Virus record (IMG/VR): IMGVR_UViG_3300044858_003284
DNA: 64,000 nucleotides
Direction: 5' to 3' (one strand)
DNA from: a virus
The position numbers and the translations under genes were made by a program. The notes below the pieces were generated by a model that was not told where the DNA came from, did not search any database, and was given only the letters and a program-made list of their open reading frames with translations. Shown here piece by piece: positions 8,833-16,611 of the stretch (its first letter is position 1; the number at the start of each line of letters is the position of its first letter).

Positions 8833-8902
8833 GCGGTCGGGGTATAGAACCAGAGTAGGTGTCCAATCTACTCACTTAGTGCGAATCTAAGCCACCGCTC
8901 CA
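8833..8902 (+). tRNA. Non-canonical tRNA-Gly(TCC)-like RNA
   Basis: Acceptor GCGGTCG/CCACCGC-T-CCA, mini D arm, 7-bp anticodon stem with TCC, T arm CTTAG-TGCGAAT-CTAAG. Confidence 0.8.
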
Positions 8903-8920
8903 CTTTCTAAGGACTATATC

Positions 8921-9094
8921 ATGGCAGTTTCAAAAACTAAAAAGAAAAATCCAATGCTGACCAAAAATGGAAAGCCAAGATTAGGACCTTTAAACCTTAA
9001 GCAACTCAATGATATGCTAGAAAAATCTAGCAAGCCAAAAGATAAAGCAAAAATACAAAGACGGATTACAGCATTGACTTCGAAGCCGGTTTAG
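8921..9094 (+). CDS. Small basic hypothetical protein (57 aa); stop codon lies inside tRNA-Thr
   Basis: AAGGA RBS; MAVSKTKKKNPMLTKNGKPRLGPLN... Confidence 0.6.
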   Translation: MAVSKTKKKNPMLTKNGKPRLGPLNLKQLNDMLEKSSKPKDKAKIQRRITALTSKPV

Positions 9095-9160
9095 CTCATT
9101 TGGTAGAGCAACTGATTTGTAATCAGTAGGTGGTCAGTTCGAATCCGACAACCGGCACCA
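9085..9160 (+). tRNA. tRNA-Thr(TGT)
   Basis: Cloverleaf GCCGGTT/AACCGGC, TTTGTAA loop, CCA. Confidence 0.93.
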
Positions 9161-9766
9161 TTAACTATTTTGAGAAGAAGGATTCATAAAGTTTTCAATT
9201 AATGTTGCAACGTCACCATATTGGTAATCTTCAAGCATTTCAATTACCATATCAACTATTTGAATTTGACGTATAAAGTTTTGCAATTCATTTTCATGAT
9301 TCTTTAATTGATTCTCAGCAAACATCTTTAGTAAATTTTCACCTTGATCATTTTTCTTTTTGATTTTTTTAATTATCTTTTTTAGTCGAAATATATAACC
9401 GTTACACGTATTGATATTATTGTTTATGTTTAGTTTTTCTCGCCTACTTTCATTTTTCATGATGAGTATTAGATCATCAAGATCAGGATTAATATTTGGA
9501 AGTAGATTGAAGAATAAACGGCTGAGTTGTTCTAGAGCTTGATCACGGAGACTTGTACCAGATTCATAATGACCCGTTGTATCATATTTTTTTCTATTGA
9601 CAGGATCACTTAAAACTTCATAGGCGTTTTTTATCTCCTTGAATAATTCAGGATCGCCGCCTTTATCTGGATGATGTTGTTGAGCAAGAGATTTGTATTT
9701 GGCTTTGATTTCTTCAAATGTTGCATTTTTAGAAACGCCTAAGATATCATATAAGTTTTTATTCAT
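9161..9766 (-). CDS. DnaJ-domain protein
   Basis: LYDILGV...HHPDKGG...AYEVLSD J-domain; C-terminal coiled coil. Confidence 0.9.
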   Translation of the reverse strand: MNKNLYDILGVSKNATFEEIKAKYKSLAQQHHPDKGGDPELFKEIKNAYEVLSDPVNRKKYDTTGHYESGTSLRDQALEQLSRLFFNLLPNINPDLDDLILIMKNESRREKLNINNNINTCNGYIFRLKKIIKKIKKKNDQGENLLKMFAENQLKNHENELQNFIRQIQIVDMVIEMLEDYQYGDVATLIENFMNPSSQNS

Positions 9767-9771
9767 AAATG

Positions 9772-9779
9772 TATTTATA
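9772..9779 (-). promoter_or_regulatory. T4 late promoter box
   Basis: TATAAATA on minus strand 5 nt before the DnaJ ATG. Confidence 0.55.
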
Positions 9780-10493
9780 ATGAGCTCCATACCAAAGATT
9801 GCACACGTTGCCTGGAAGACCAAAGATGTGGTGAATAGTCAATCACCACTCATTCTTAATGGATTACGTAAACTCATTGATCTGAATCCAGATTGGACGG
9901 TCACCGTATATGATGACAATGAAATTGATGAGTATCTTAGAAACACTTTAAACAAAAGAGATTACAATCTAATTAAAGATATACATATAGTTGAAAAGAG
10001 TGACCTGTGGAGATTATTTAAGTTATACAATGAAGGTGGTCTTTACATGGACATTGATCGTTTTTATAATGTGCCGTTATCAGAAATTGTAACTGATGGT
10101 ATAAAGTGTGTATTACCAACCTGTTTAGATTGGGATTTTTCACAAGACTTTATGTTAACTGAACCAAAAAATCCTATTCAAGCACAAACGATTGAACTGA
10201 TTTTAAAGAGGCGGTATGAAGGCCATAAGAATGTTTTCTTTTTAGGACCACAAACATACATGCACGCATTGACTATGGTAATATTTGGTGAAATGATTAA
10301 TACGAATCCTGGTGTTGAGAAATTTAATGAAATGCGAAAGTACCTAGAGCAAATATCTTTTATTAAAACTTACAGAGAAAGTCCACCAAACGATACGATA
10401 GTTTATAGAGGTGAAAAAATTATTGATTGGGAAAATATAAAAAGACAATTTTACGCTGAATCGAATATTAAACATTGGTCAGGAGAATGGTAA
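9780..10493 (+). CDS. Glycosyltransferase, DxD sugar-binding (GT32/OCH1-like)
   Basis: IPKIAHVAW, DLWRL..LYNEGGLYMDID. Confidence 0.85.
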   Translation: MSSIPKIAHVAWKTKDVVNSQSPLILNGLRKLIDLNPDWTVTVYDDNEIDEYLRNTLNKRDYNLIKDIHIVEKSDLWRLFKLYNEGGLYMDIDRFYNVPLSEIVTDGIKCVLPTCLDWDFSQDFMLTEPKNPIQAQTIELILKRRYEGHKNVFFLGPQTYMHALTMVIFGEMINTNPGVEKFNEMRKYLEQISFIKTYRESPPNDTIVYRGEKIIDWENIKRQFYAESNIKHWSGEW

Positions 10494-11206
10494 TGAGAAC
10501 AATAAAGTTGCCTAGATTATTACAACCATATTATTGTTCTGATTTGATTCGAGTTGGTAAAGACAATGATGGTGGTTACCTTGTTAATAAAAGTGACATA
10601 TTGAAAAGTGAATGTTTGTTATCGTTTGGTATTAATGATGATTGGTCATTTGAAGAACAGTTTCTCAATATTAATAATTGTCCTTTGTATGGTTATGATA
10701 ATTCTGTTAATGATGAAATGCTAAAGGATAAAGGAATATACGAATCACATAAACAGTTTTTTACAGGTACAAAGCAACATATAGCAAAGAATATTGGTAA
10801 AAGAAATTCTGACGAAGAAACAACTTTCGATCAGGTTATGAAAGATAAAGGTGATAATATTTTTCTAAAGTGTGATATTGAAGGTTCTGAATATGACATA
10901 CTAGATAATATAATTATACACACAAAGAAATTTTCTGGCATCGTAATAGAGTTTCATGATATACAAGAAAATTACAAGTTAAATGAAATGGCCAACTTTG
11001 TTAGTAAACTAGACCAAAAGTTGGTTCACGTTCATATAAACAACTACACATATACACAAGTAGGTCAAAATGAATTCATACCGTCTGTTGTTGAATTGAC
11101 TTTTACATCATCAGAAAATATAAAGTTAAAGAAACACATTACTTTTCCTAATTCTTTAGACATGCCAAACTGTCCAGAAAGAGAAGATTTTACCATAATA
11201 TTTTGA
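10493..11206 (+). CDS. FkbM-like SAM methyltransferase
   Basis: RVGKDNDGGY, SFGINDDWSFE, LKCDIEGSEY, IEFH. Confidence 0.8.
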   Translation: MRTIKLPRLLQPYYCSDLIRVGKDNDGGYLVNKSDILKSECLLSFGINDDWSFEEQFLNINNCPLYGYDNSVNDEMLKDKGIYESHKQFFTGTKQHIAKNIGKRNSDEETTFDQVMKDKGDNIFLKCDIEGSEYDILDNIIIHTKKFSGIVIEFHDIQENYKLNEMANFVSKLDQKLVHVHINNYTYTQVGQNEFIPSVVELTFTSSENIKLKKHITFPNSLDMPNCPEREDFTIIF

Positions 11207-11296
11207 CGAAAGGTTGGAGATGTCGGAGCCTCCGAAAATTTTCCGGCGATTTCAAGGTTTCAAATTTTGTTTTTTGATTTTAAGATATATAGTTAT

Positions 11297-11371
11297 AGCG
11301 GGGTAGCTCAGAGGTAGAGCATTGGACTCATAATCCAGGGGCCGTAGGTTCGATTCCTTCCCCCGCAACCA
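11297..11371 (+). tRNA. tRNA-Met(CAT) with initiator-like unpaired 1:72
   Basis: AGCGGGG/CCCCGCA-A-CCA, CTCATAA loop, TTCGATT T loop. Confidence 0.88.
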
Positions 11372-11384
11372 ACAAGGAGATATT

Positions 11385-11507
11385 ATGACTGAACCAAAAA
11401 AGCCAGCAGTGATTTTACCTAAGCCAAAAACACCATCAGCACCAAAACCAAAACAAACTTTTATTCCTAAGATGACAGTAATGCGAAAGGCAGGCAGAGG
11501 CAGATGA
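11385..11507 (+). CDS. Pro/Lys-rich 40-aa hypothetical
   Basis: AAGGAG RBS. Confidence 0.55.
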   Translation: MTEPKKPAVILPKPKTPSAPKPKQTFIPKMTVMRKAGRGR

Positions 11508-11662
11508 CATCCGATTTAGAGAAATATCGTAAACAAGCTATGGAGTTGTGGTTCAGTAATGGTGGTAGTTGCACTGGTGCCACACCGCCAGAGCCAAAAG
11601 ATATTGATGATGCTATTGCTGAAGATGAAGAATTTAAGCGAATAGAGCAACAACAAAAATAA
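11504..11662 (+). CDS. Hypothetical 52 aa
   Basis: ATGA coupling with previous ORF. Confidence 0.5.
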   Translation: MTSDLEKYRKQAMELWFSNGGSCTGATPPEPKDIDDAIAEDEEFKRIEQQQK

Positions 11663-12364
11663 TTATTTGAGTTTTGCTAGTTTAAGTTTTTCTAATACTT
11701 TGATATAGAACCAACCTATATCTAACTCGAACCATTTCCTACTAAGCTTGGCAGAACCAGCATCAGAATGGTGATTATTATGAAGCTCTTCGCCACCAAT
11801 AATAATACCAATAGGGAAAATATTTCTAGATGATTCTCTCGTTTCAACATTTCTATACCCCCAATAGTGACCGATTCCGTTGACAACACCTGCAGCCCAA
11901 AACGGAATCCATAACATCTGTATTAACCAAACTAATATACCCCAATAACCAAACAAAGCAAAACAAACTAAAAAGTATATTGAAACACCCAAGTAATTTA
12001 AAGGTGTATACAAATTCTTTTCAATAAAATCTTCTGGTGTTCCTCTACCAAATGAATTAATCATCAATTTATCTTTTGCAGCTGTATTGTATAGGAGTGC
12101 ACCACCAAATAAAACTTTCCATATACCAAATAATTGAGGTGAATGTGGATCACCTTTTTGGTCTGTCATGCTATGGTGTTTACGGTGAATTGCTACCCAT
12201 TCTTTTGTGACCATACCTGTCGTTAACCATAACCAGAATCGAAAGAAGTGATTTACTACTGGATGAAATGATACAGATAGATGTGTTTGACTACGATGAA
12301 GATACAGAGTTACGGCGATAATTGTTAGATGAGTTGTTACTAGGACATAGAATAGTTCGTTCAT
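11663..12364 (-). CDS. Delta-9 type membrane fatty acid desaturase
   Basis: His boxes HRSQTH, HRKHH, HNNHH; TM segments. Confidence 0.93.
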   Translation of the reverse strand: MNELFYVLVTTHLTIIAVTLYLHRSQTHLSVSFHPVVNHFFRFWLWLTTGMVTKEWVAIHRKHHSMTDQKGDPHSPQLFGIWKVLFGGALLYNTAAKDKLMINSFGRGTPEDFIEKNLYTPLNYLGVSIYFLVCFALFGYWGILVWLIQMLWIPFWAAGVVNGIGHYWGYRNVETRESSRNIFPIGIIIGGEELHNNHHSDAGSAKLSRKWFELDIGWFYIKVLEKLKLAKLK

Positions 12365-12448
12365 TTGTATAATTTATGAGTGTGTGTGGAAGAAACCAAT
12401 ATCTGAGTATAAGATATACCCAAAAGTCTATTGGATTTGTTATTAACA

Positions 12449-12622
12449 TTACTTATTTAGGTCTTTATAACTGTGTCTACCACAAGTTCTTAAATACTCA
12501 TTTTTACCTTTACTGTTCATATTTTTAGCGGAATAAATTTGAGCAAAATGATTACATCCTCTGACTTGACAAGGTGGAGGTATATCTAAAACAGAAGTGT
12601 TTGCTGTGTTATTTGTTGGCAT
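12449..12622 (-). CDS. Small Cys/His (possible Zn-binding) protein
   Basis: CQVRGC...CGRH, 57 aa. Confidence 0.45.
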   Translation of the reverse strand: MPTNNTANTSVLDIPPPCQVRGCNHFAQIYSAKNMNSKGKNEYLRTCGRHSYKDLNK

Positions 12623-12685
12623 ATTCAGCCCACATTAAAAACATTAACAAAACAATTGTTATGATAAAAATTAATGGTTGATCTC

Positions 12686-13126
12686 TCATTTGTATAGTTT
12701 AAAAAAATAAGTTACTAATGCAGCCACAGTTAGACACCACCAAAAAACTCTAGTCATTTTATATCTATCACTATCCATGAATTCCATTTCTTCATCATGT
12801 TCTTTTTTCAATCTCGCTTTGACGGATTCGATTTCAGACCAAGCATTTTTACCATATTTTTGAGTTGCTTCTATTTTTAGTTTATCAATTTCTTTTTGAT
12901 GTCTTTTTTCTGCTTCATATTTTTCAAATGCTTTAAAATCCTGTGATGCTCGCATTAATTCTTGTTGAGCTTTAGTTTGCATCCTTTTACGGTGCTGTTC
13001 CTGAACGGCTCTTTCCATATCGGCTTGTTGGTCAGTAACAACACCACCCAACTGTTTGCCAATATTTTGTGCTTCTTTAAGAGTATTGACTGCAGCTTTA
13101 CCTGCGGCTAAATCAACATTTGACAT
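12686..13126 (-). CDS. Coiled-coil protein with C-terminal TM anchor
   Basis: Helical charged body, VFWWCLTVAALVTYFF. Confidence 0.7.
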   Translation of the reverse strand: MSNVDLAAGKAAVNTLKEAQNIGKQLGGVVTDQQADMERAVQEQHRKRMQTKAQQELMRASQDFKAFEKYEAEKRHQKEIDKLKIEATQKYGKNAWSEIESVKARLKKEHDEEMEFMDSDRYKMTRVFWWCLTVAALVTYFFKLYK

Positions 13127-13590
13127 TATTTGGCCAATGGATTGTCCATTGCTTTCTGAATCTTACTATCAATTTCTTTACGCAAAACACGAATGTCTTG
13201 GTCAATTTCACGGGATAATTGTTTATTGTCCCGTTCTACTTGCTCAACAATCTTTTCCAATTTACGAATATCGTTTTTGATATCGTTCTTAATATCACGG
13301 GTATAATCATTCGTCTTGGCAGATGTTTCTTCTACCACAATTAACCGTTTATCAAACTCAGATAAATCTGGTGCAACATATTTTTCAATCTTCATCTTCA
13401 TATCTTGGTATGATTTGTATACTTCAAATGCACCATAAAGAGCACCAAGTGTAGAAGATACGATTGTAAATGCCACCATAAGTTTGGCAGGAGTAAATTC
13501 GTAGCCACCAATACTGATAACAGTATCTTTACTGGCATATTTCTTAACCGCTGCTTCTGCTTCGTCTATTTTTTTATTAACGTCTGTCAT
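13126..13590 (-). CDS. Membrane-anchored coiled-coil protein
   Basis: One TM then heptad repeats, ends DNPLAK. Confidence 0.75.
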   Translation of the reverse strand: MTDVNKKIDEAEAAVKKYASKDTVISIGGYEFTPAKLMVAFTIVSSTLGALYGAFEVYKSYQDMKMKIEKYVAPDLSEFDKRLIVVEETSAKTNDYTRDIKNDIKNDIRKLEKIVEQVERDNKQLSREIDQDIRVLRKEIDSKIQKAMDNPLAK

Positions 13591-13591
13591 T

Positions 13592-15670
13592 TTATTTTCC
13601 TAATTCGAATTGTGATTGAACCATTTGATTATGTAATTGATCGGTCGCACCAAATAATCTACGACCAGCTCTTGCATTATCTACATTCTTTTGGCCACCG
13701 TAAATGGTAAACGGTTTATAAAAAGAAACATCTTTAATAATAACACTATTATAAGCATCAAATGCAGGACTAAATCCCATTGCTGCAATAACTAAACCTT
13801 GTGTTGCAACTTGAGCATTCATTGATTTTGCTTCACCACTTTCTTTAACGGCTTCAGAACCTTTTGCAACCGCTTCTCTCTTTGCAGCTTCAACTCTGGC
13901 TTGTTGTAAAGTTTGTCGAGGTGACTGTGTTGTGGTAGAAGAACTAGAACTAGATGAACTTGTTGAAGAAGAACTGCTAGTTGAAGAAGAACTAGAACTA
14001 GATGAACTCTGTACCGATTCAACCACCAAAGCTGTCGTTGTTTGTTGTGAAGATGATGGTGATGTTAATTGCACTGGTGCCGCTGGCGCTGTCGGTGCAG
14101 TAGATGTTGATGTTGTTGTTACCACTCTATTAACATTCGGATCAGCCACAATCGCTGGAGTATTACTCACAGAACCAGAAGAAGATACAACTATCGCTTC
14201 TGTGGTTGTATTATTATTTGTTGTATTATTTGAATTTGCAACTGGTGCCACATAACCAGAGCAAGTGGGACTGGATTGTGGATTGGCTGTGCAAGCTTGA
14301 TTACGTAGATATGCTTGATAAGCAGTTTCGTAACCAGGACATTGTGGACTATACAAAGTATTCAAAGAACATTGTTGATTAAAATATGCTTGTTGATAAC
14401 CAGGACACTCACTATTATATAAAGGATTGGCCGTGCATTGTTGATTAAAATATGCTTGTTGATATCCTGGACATCCAGAATTATATAAAGGATTTGCGGT
14501 ACATTGTTGTGTAAAATAAGCCTGTTGATATCCTGGACAAGATGAGTTATATAATGGATCTTGTGTGCAACGAAAACTAAAATATGCTTGTTGATAACCA
14601 GGACATTGTGGACTATACAATGCACTTAATGAACATTGTTGATTAAAATATGCTTGTTGGTAACCAGGACAAGATGAGTTATATAATGGATCAGCGGTAC
14701 ATTGTTGATTAAAATATGCTTGTTGGTAACCAGGACAAGATGAGTTATATAATGGATCAGCGGTACATTGTTGATTAAAATATGCTTGTTGGTAACCAGG
14801 ACAAGATGAGTTATATAAAGAATTCGAATTACATTGTTGTGTAAAATAAGCTTCTTGATAACCAGGACATGATGAATCATATAAAGCATTAATACTGCAT
14901 TGTTGTGCAGTATAAGCAGCTGCGTAACCAGGACATGAAGGTGAATAAAGTGGATTGATTGTGCATTGATCAACTCCAGGTCCTGTTCCACCAAGTGCTT
15001 GCCAACTAAAAATACTAGAACTTCCTGGTGTAATATTTAATCCTTGGCCATGGTAATATTGATAATATTCACCTTTACTTAAATCGCCAGCTACACCAGA
15101 TGTTACGGCATTCCAAGATATCATAGCACCAGCAATACGAGTGTCTATAAGACCTGATGAATTAATTTTTATTTCAAAACTATTACCGCCTTGTGAACCA
15201 CAACATTGACTAACATTATACCAACCATATGTCATACTATTACCTTCACGAAGATAATATTGATTTTGATCATTCCATGAATATAAATCAGTATGTAATC
15301 CATAAATTGTATAATTATACGATGGATTTGTGGTGTTTCTTAAATCTACACCAGAACAACATCCACCACCTAAACCAGATGTTTGTGGATTTTGAAATGT
15401 TACAAATCCATTTGTTGCAGCCCAAGATGTTGTGAAGTTTTGGCCAAACATTGGAAATGTAAAACCTAAAGGAACTTCATTATACCAATCATCACCAGTT
15501 GTAATGTTTACTGCGTTTGGATTATTTTTAATATCTTGTAGTGGTAAAGCATTGACGCCTGTTCCAACTGTCATATTAAGACCTGGAGTTCCAGGTATTG
15601 GAATAGTAACTATTTGAGCGAAAGAGCAAGCAGACACCACAAAAAGTAGTGCTGCTAAAATCTTTTTCAT
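13592..15670 (-). CDS. Exported Cys-rich repeat protein (692 aa)
   Basis: Signal peptide, nidogen-like PLGFTFPMFGQNF..NG domain, 11 x 22-aa repeats, Ser/Thr linker. Confidence 0.85.
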   Translation of the reverse strand: MKKILAALLFVVSACSFAQIVTIPIPGTPGLNMTVGTGVNALPLQDIKNNPNAVNITTGDDWYNEVPLGFTFPMFGQNFTTSWAATNGFVTFQNPQTSGLGGGCCSGVDLRNTTNPSYNYTIYGLHTDLYSWNDQNQYYLREGNSMTYGWYNVSQCCGSQGGNSFEIKINSSGLIDTRIAGAMISWNAVTSGVAGDLSKGEYYQYYHGQGLNITPGSSSIFSWQALGGTGPGVDQCTINPLYSPSCPGYAAAYTAQQCSINALYDSSCPGYQEAYFTQQCNSNSLYNSSCPGYQQAYFNQQCTADPLYNSSCPGYQQAYFNQQCTADPLYNSSCPGYQQAYFNQQCSLSALYSPQCPGYQQAYFSFRCTQDPLYNSSCPGYQQAYFTQQCTANPLYNSGCPGYQQAYFNQQCTANPLYNSECPGYQQAYFNQQCSLNTLYSPQCPGYETAYQAYLRNQACTANPQSSPTCSGYVAPVANSNNTTNNNTTTEAIVVSSSGSVSNTPAIVADPNVNRVVTTTSTSTAPTAPAAPVQLTSPSSSQQTTTALVVESVQSSSSSSSSSTSSSSSTSSSSSSSSTTTQSPRQTLQQARVEAAKREAVAKGSEAVKESGEAKSMNAQVATQGLVIAAMGFSPAFDAYNSVIIKDVSFYKPFTIYGGQKNVDNARAGRRLFGATDQLHNQMVQSQFELGK
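14252..14965 (-). repeat. Tandem 66-bp coding repeat, about 11 units (CxxxPLYxxxCPGYQQAYFNQQ)
   Basis: Units 14633-14698 and 14699-14764 are identical. Confidence 0.95.
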
Positions 15671-16146
15671 TAGTCTTTACTCTTTATTTTCTGTGGTTGG
15701 CGGTCTGGATTTGCTTCCCAAACCACTTTAGCTTCGTTACCAATTTTACCATCAACTGGACATGGAGTACCTGCATTCATCATAGCGGTAAATACACGCT
15801 CGTCTTGGCAAAGAGTAGAAACAGCAGCTACTTTCATACCCATATCATAAAGAGTTTTGGATAACTTTAAACGTTCACAATTCTTATCGATAAAAGTACC
15901 ACCAATGGCGATACCAAGAATTTGAGTTTGAGCTGCACCTGAAACACCCACAGCACACAAGTCATTATTCAATGATGTGATATTTGGTGCCACAGCGGTT
16001 GGAGGTGGAGATTTAATAGTTGTGGTACTATTGGAGGTGGAATCCGAGGTACTTCTGGTTGTGGAATCCGTCACAATAGGTTGAGCAAATACGTTGCCAA
16101 CAAATAACATTACTGTTATAATTGGAAATATCTTACTTTTTAACAT
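15670..16146 (-). CDS. Exported Cys-containing protein
   Basis: Signal peptide; SPPPTAVAP, CERLKLSKTLYDMGMKVAAVSTLCQD, GTPCP. Confidence 0.8.
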   Translation of the reverse strand: MLKSKIFPIITVMLFVGNVFAQPIVTDSTTRSTSDSTSNSTTTIKSPPPTAVAPNITSLNNDLCAVGVSGAAQTQILGIAIGGTFIDKNCERLKLSKTLYDMGMKVAAVSTLCQDERVFTAMMNAGTPCPVDGKIGNEAKVVWEANPDRQPQKIKSKD

Positions 16147-16226
16147 TTATTTTTGATAAAGGTTGTCCTCTACCATCCTCTGTTAGTTTTGTTATATGGG
16201 GATAATAAAGAATACCGAATGTCAGG

Positions 16227-16255
16227 TTGACACGGAAGAATAAAACAGATATAAT
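16227..16255 (+). promoter_or_regulatory. sigma70 promoter for polymerase operon
   Basis: TTGACA-17 bp-TATAAT. Confidence 0.75.
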
Positions 16256-16274
16256 TTCATTTCAACTACATACT

Positions 16275-16282
16275 TATTTATA
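16275..16282 (-). promoter_or_regulatory. T4 late promoter box for the minus-strand operon
   Basis: TATAAATA on minus strand. Confidence 0.6.
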
Positions 16283-16296
16283 CCATGGAGAAATAA

Positions 16297-16611
16297 ATGA
16301 AGATTTTGACGTTAAAATTAGTAACCGGTGAAGAAGTTTTGGGTGAAATTGAATCTGAATCGGAGACAGAATTCGTATTGGTCAATCCTGTTGGTATTGC
16401 CATTGTTCGTGATCCAAAGACTGGTCAACCCAATGTTGGTTTTGCACCATTTCCCATTCATGCCGAACAAAAGACAGGTGCTACGGTTGCCTTAAACAAG
16501 AAGAATGTAGTATACTCTTATGTTCCAGCTGAAGATTTTGTCAGTAATTACAATCAACTTTTTGGATCTGGAATCGTTCTTCCTCCAACCAAATCACTAA
16601 TTACAGGTTAA
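16297..16611 (+). CDS. Sm-like hypothetical protein upstream of polymerase
   Basis: LKLVTGEEVLG pattern, GGAG RBS. Confidence 0.7.
   Translation: MKILTLKLVTGEEVLGEIESESETEFVLVNPVGIAIVRDPKTGQPNVGFAPFPIHAEQKTGATVALNKKNVVYSYVPAEDFVSNYNQLFGSGIVLPPTKSLITG

Noticed and set aside
13932-14255. 107-aa + strand ORF
   Set aside because: Antisense shadow of the Ser/Thr low-complexity linker
14252-14965. Regular repeats that could be mistaken for a CRISPR array
   Set aside because: 66-bp in-frame coding units with synonymous variation, no unique spacers, no cas genes
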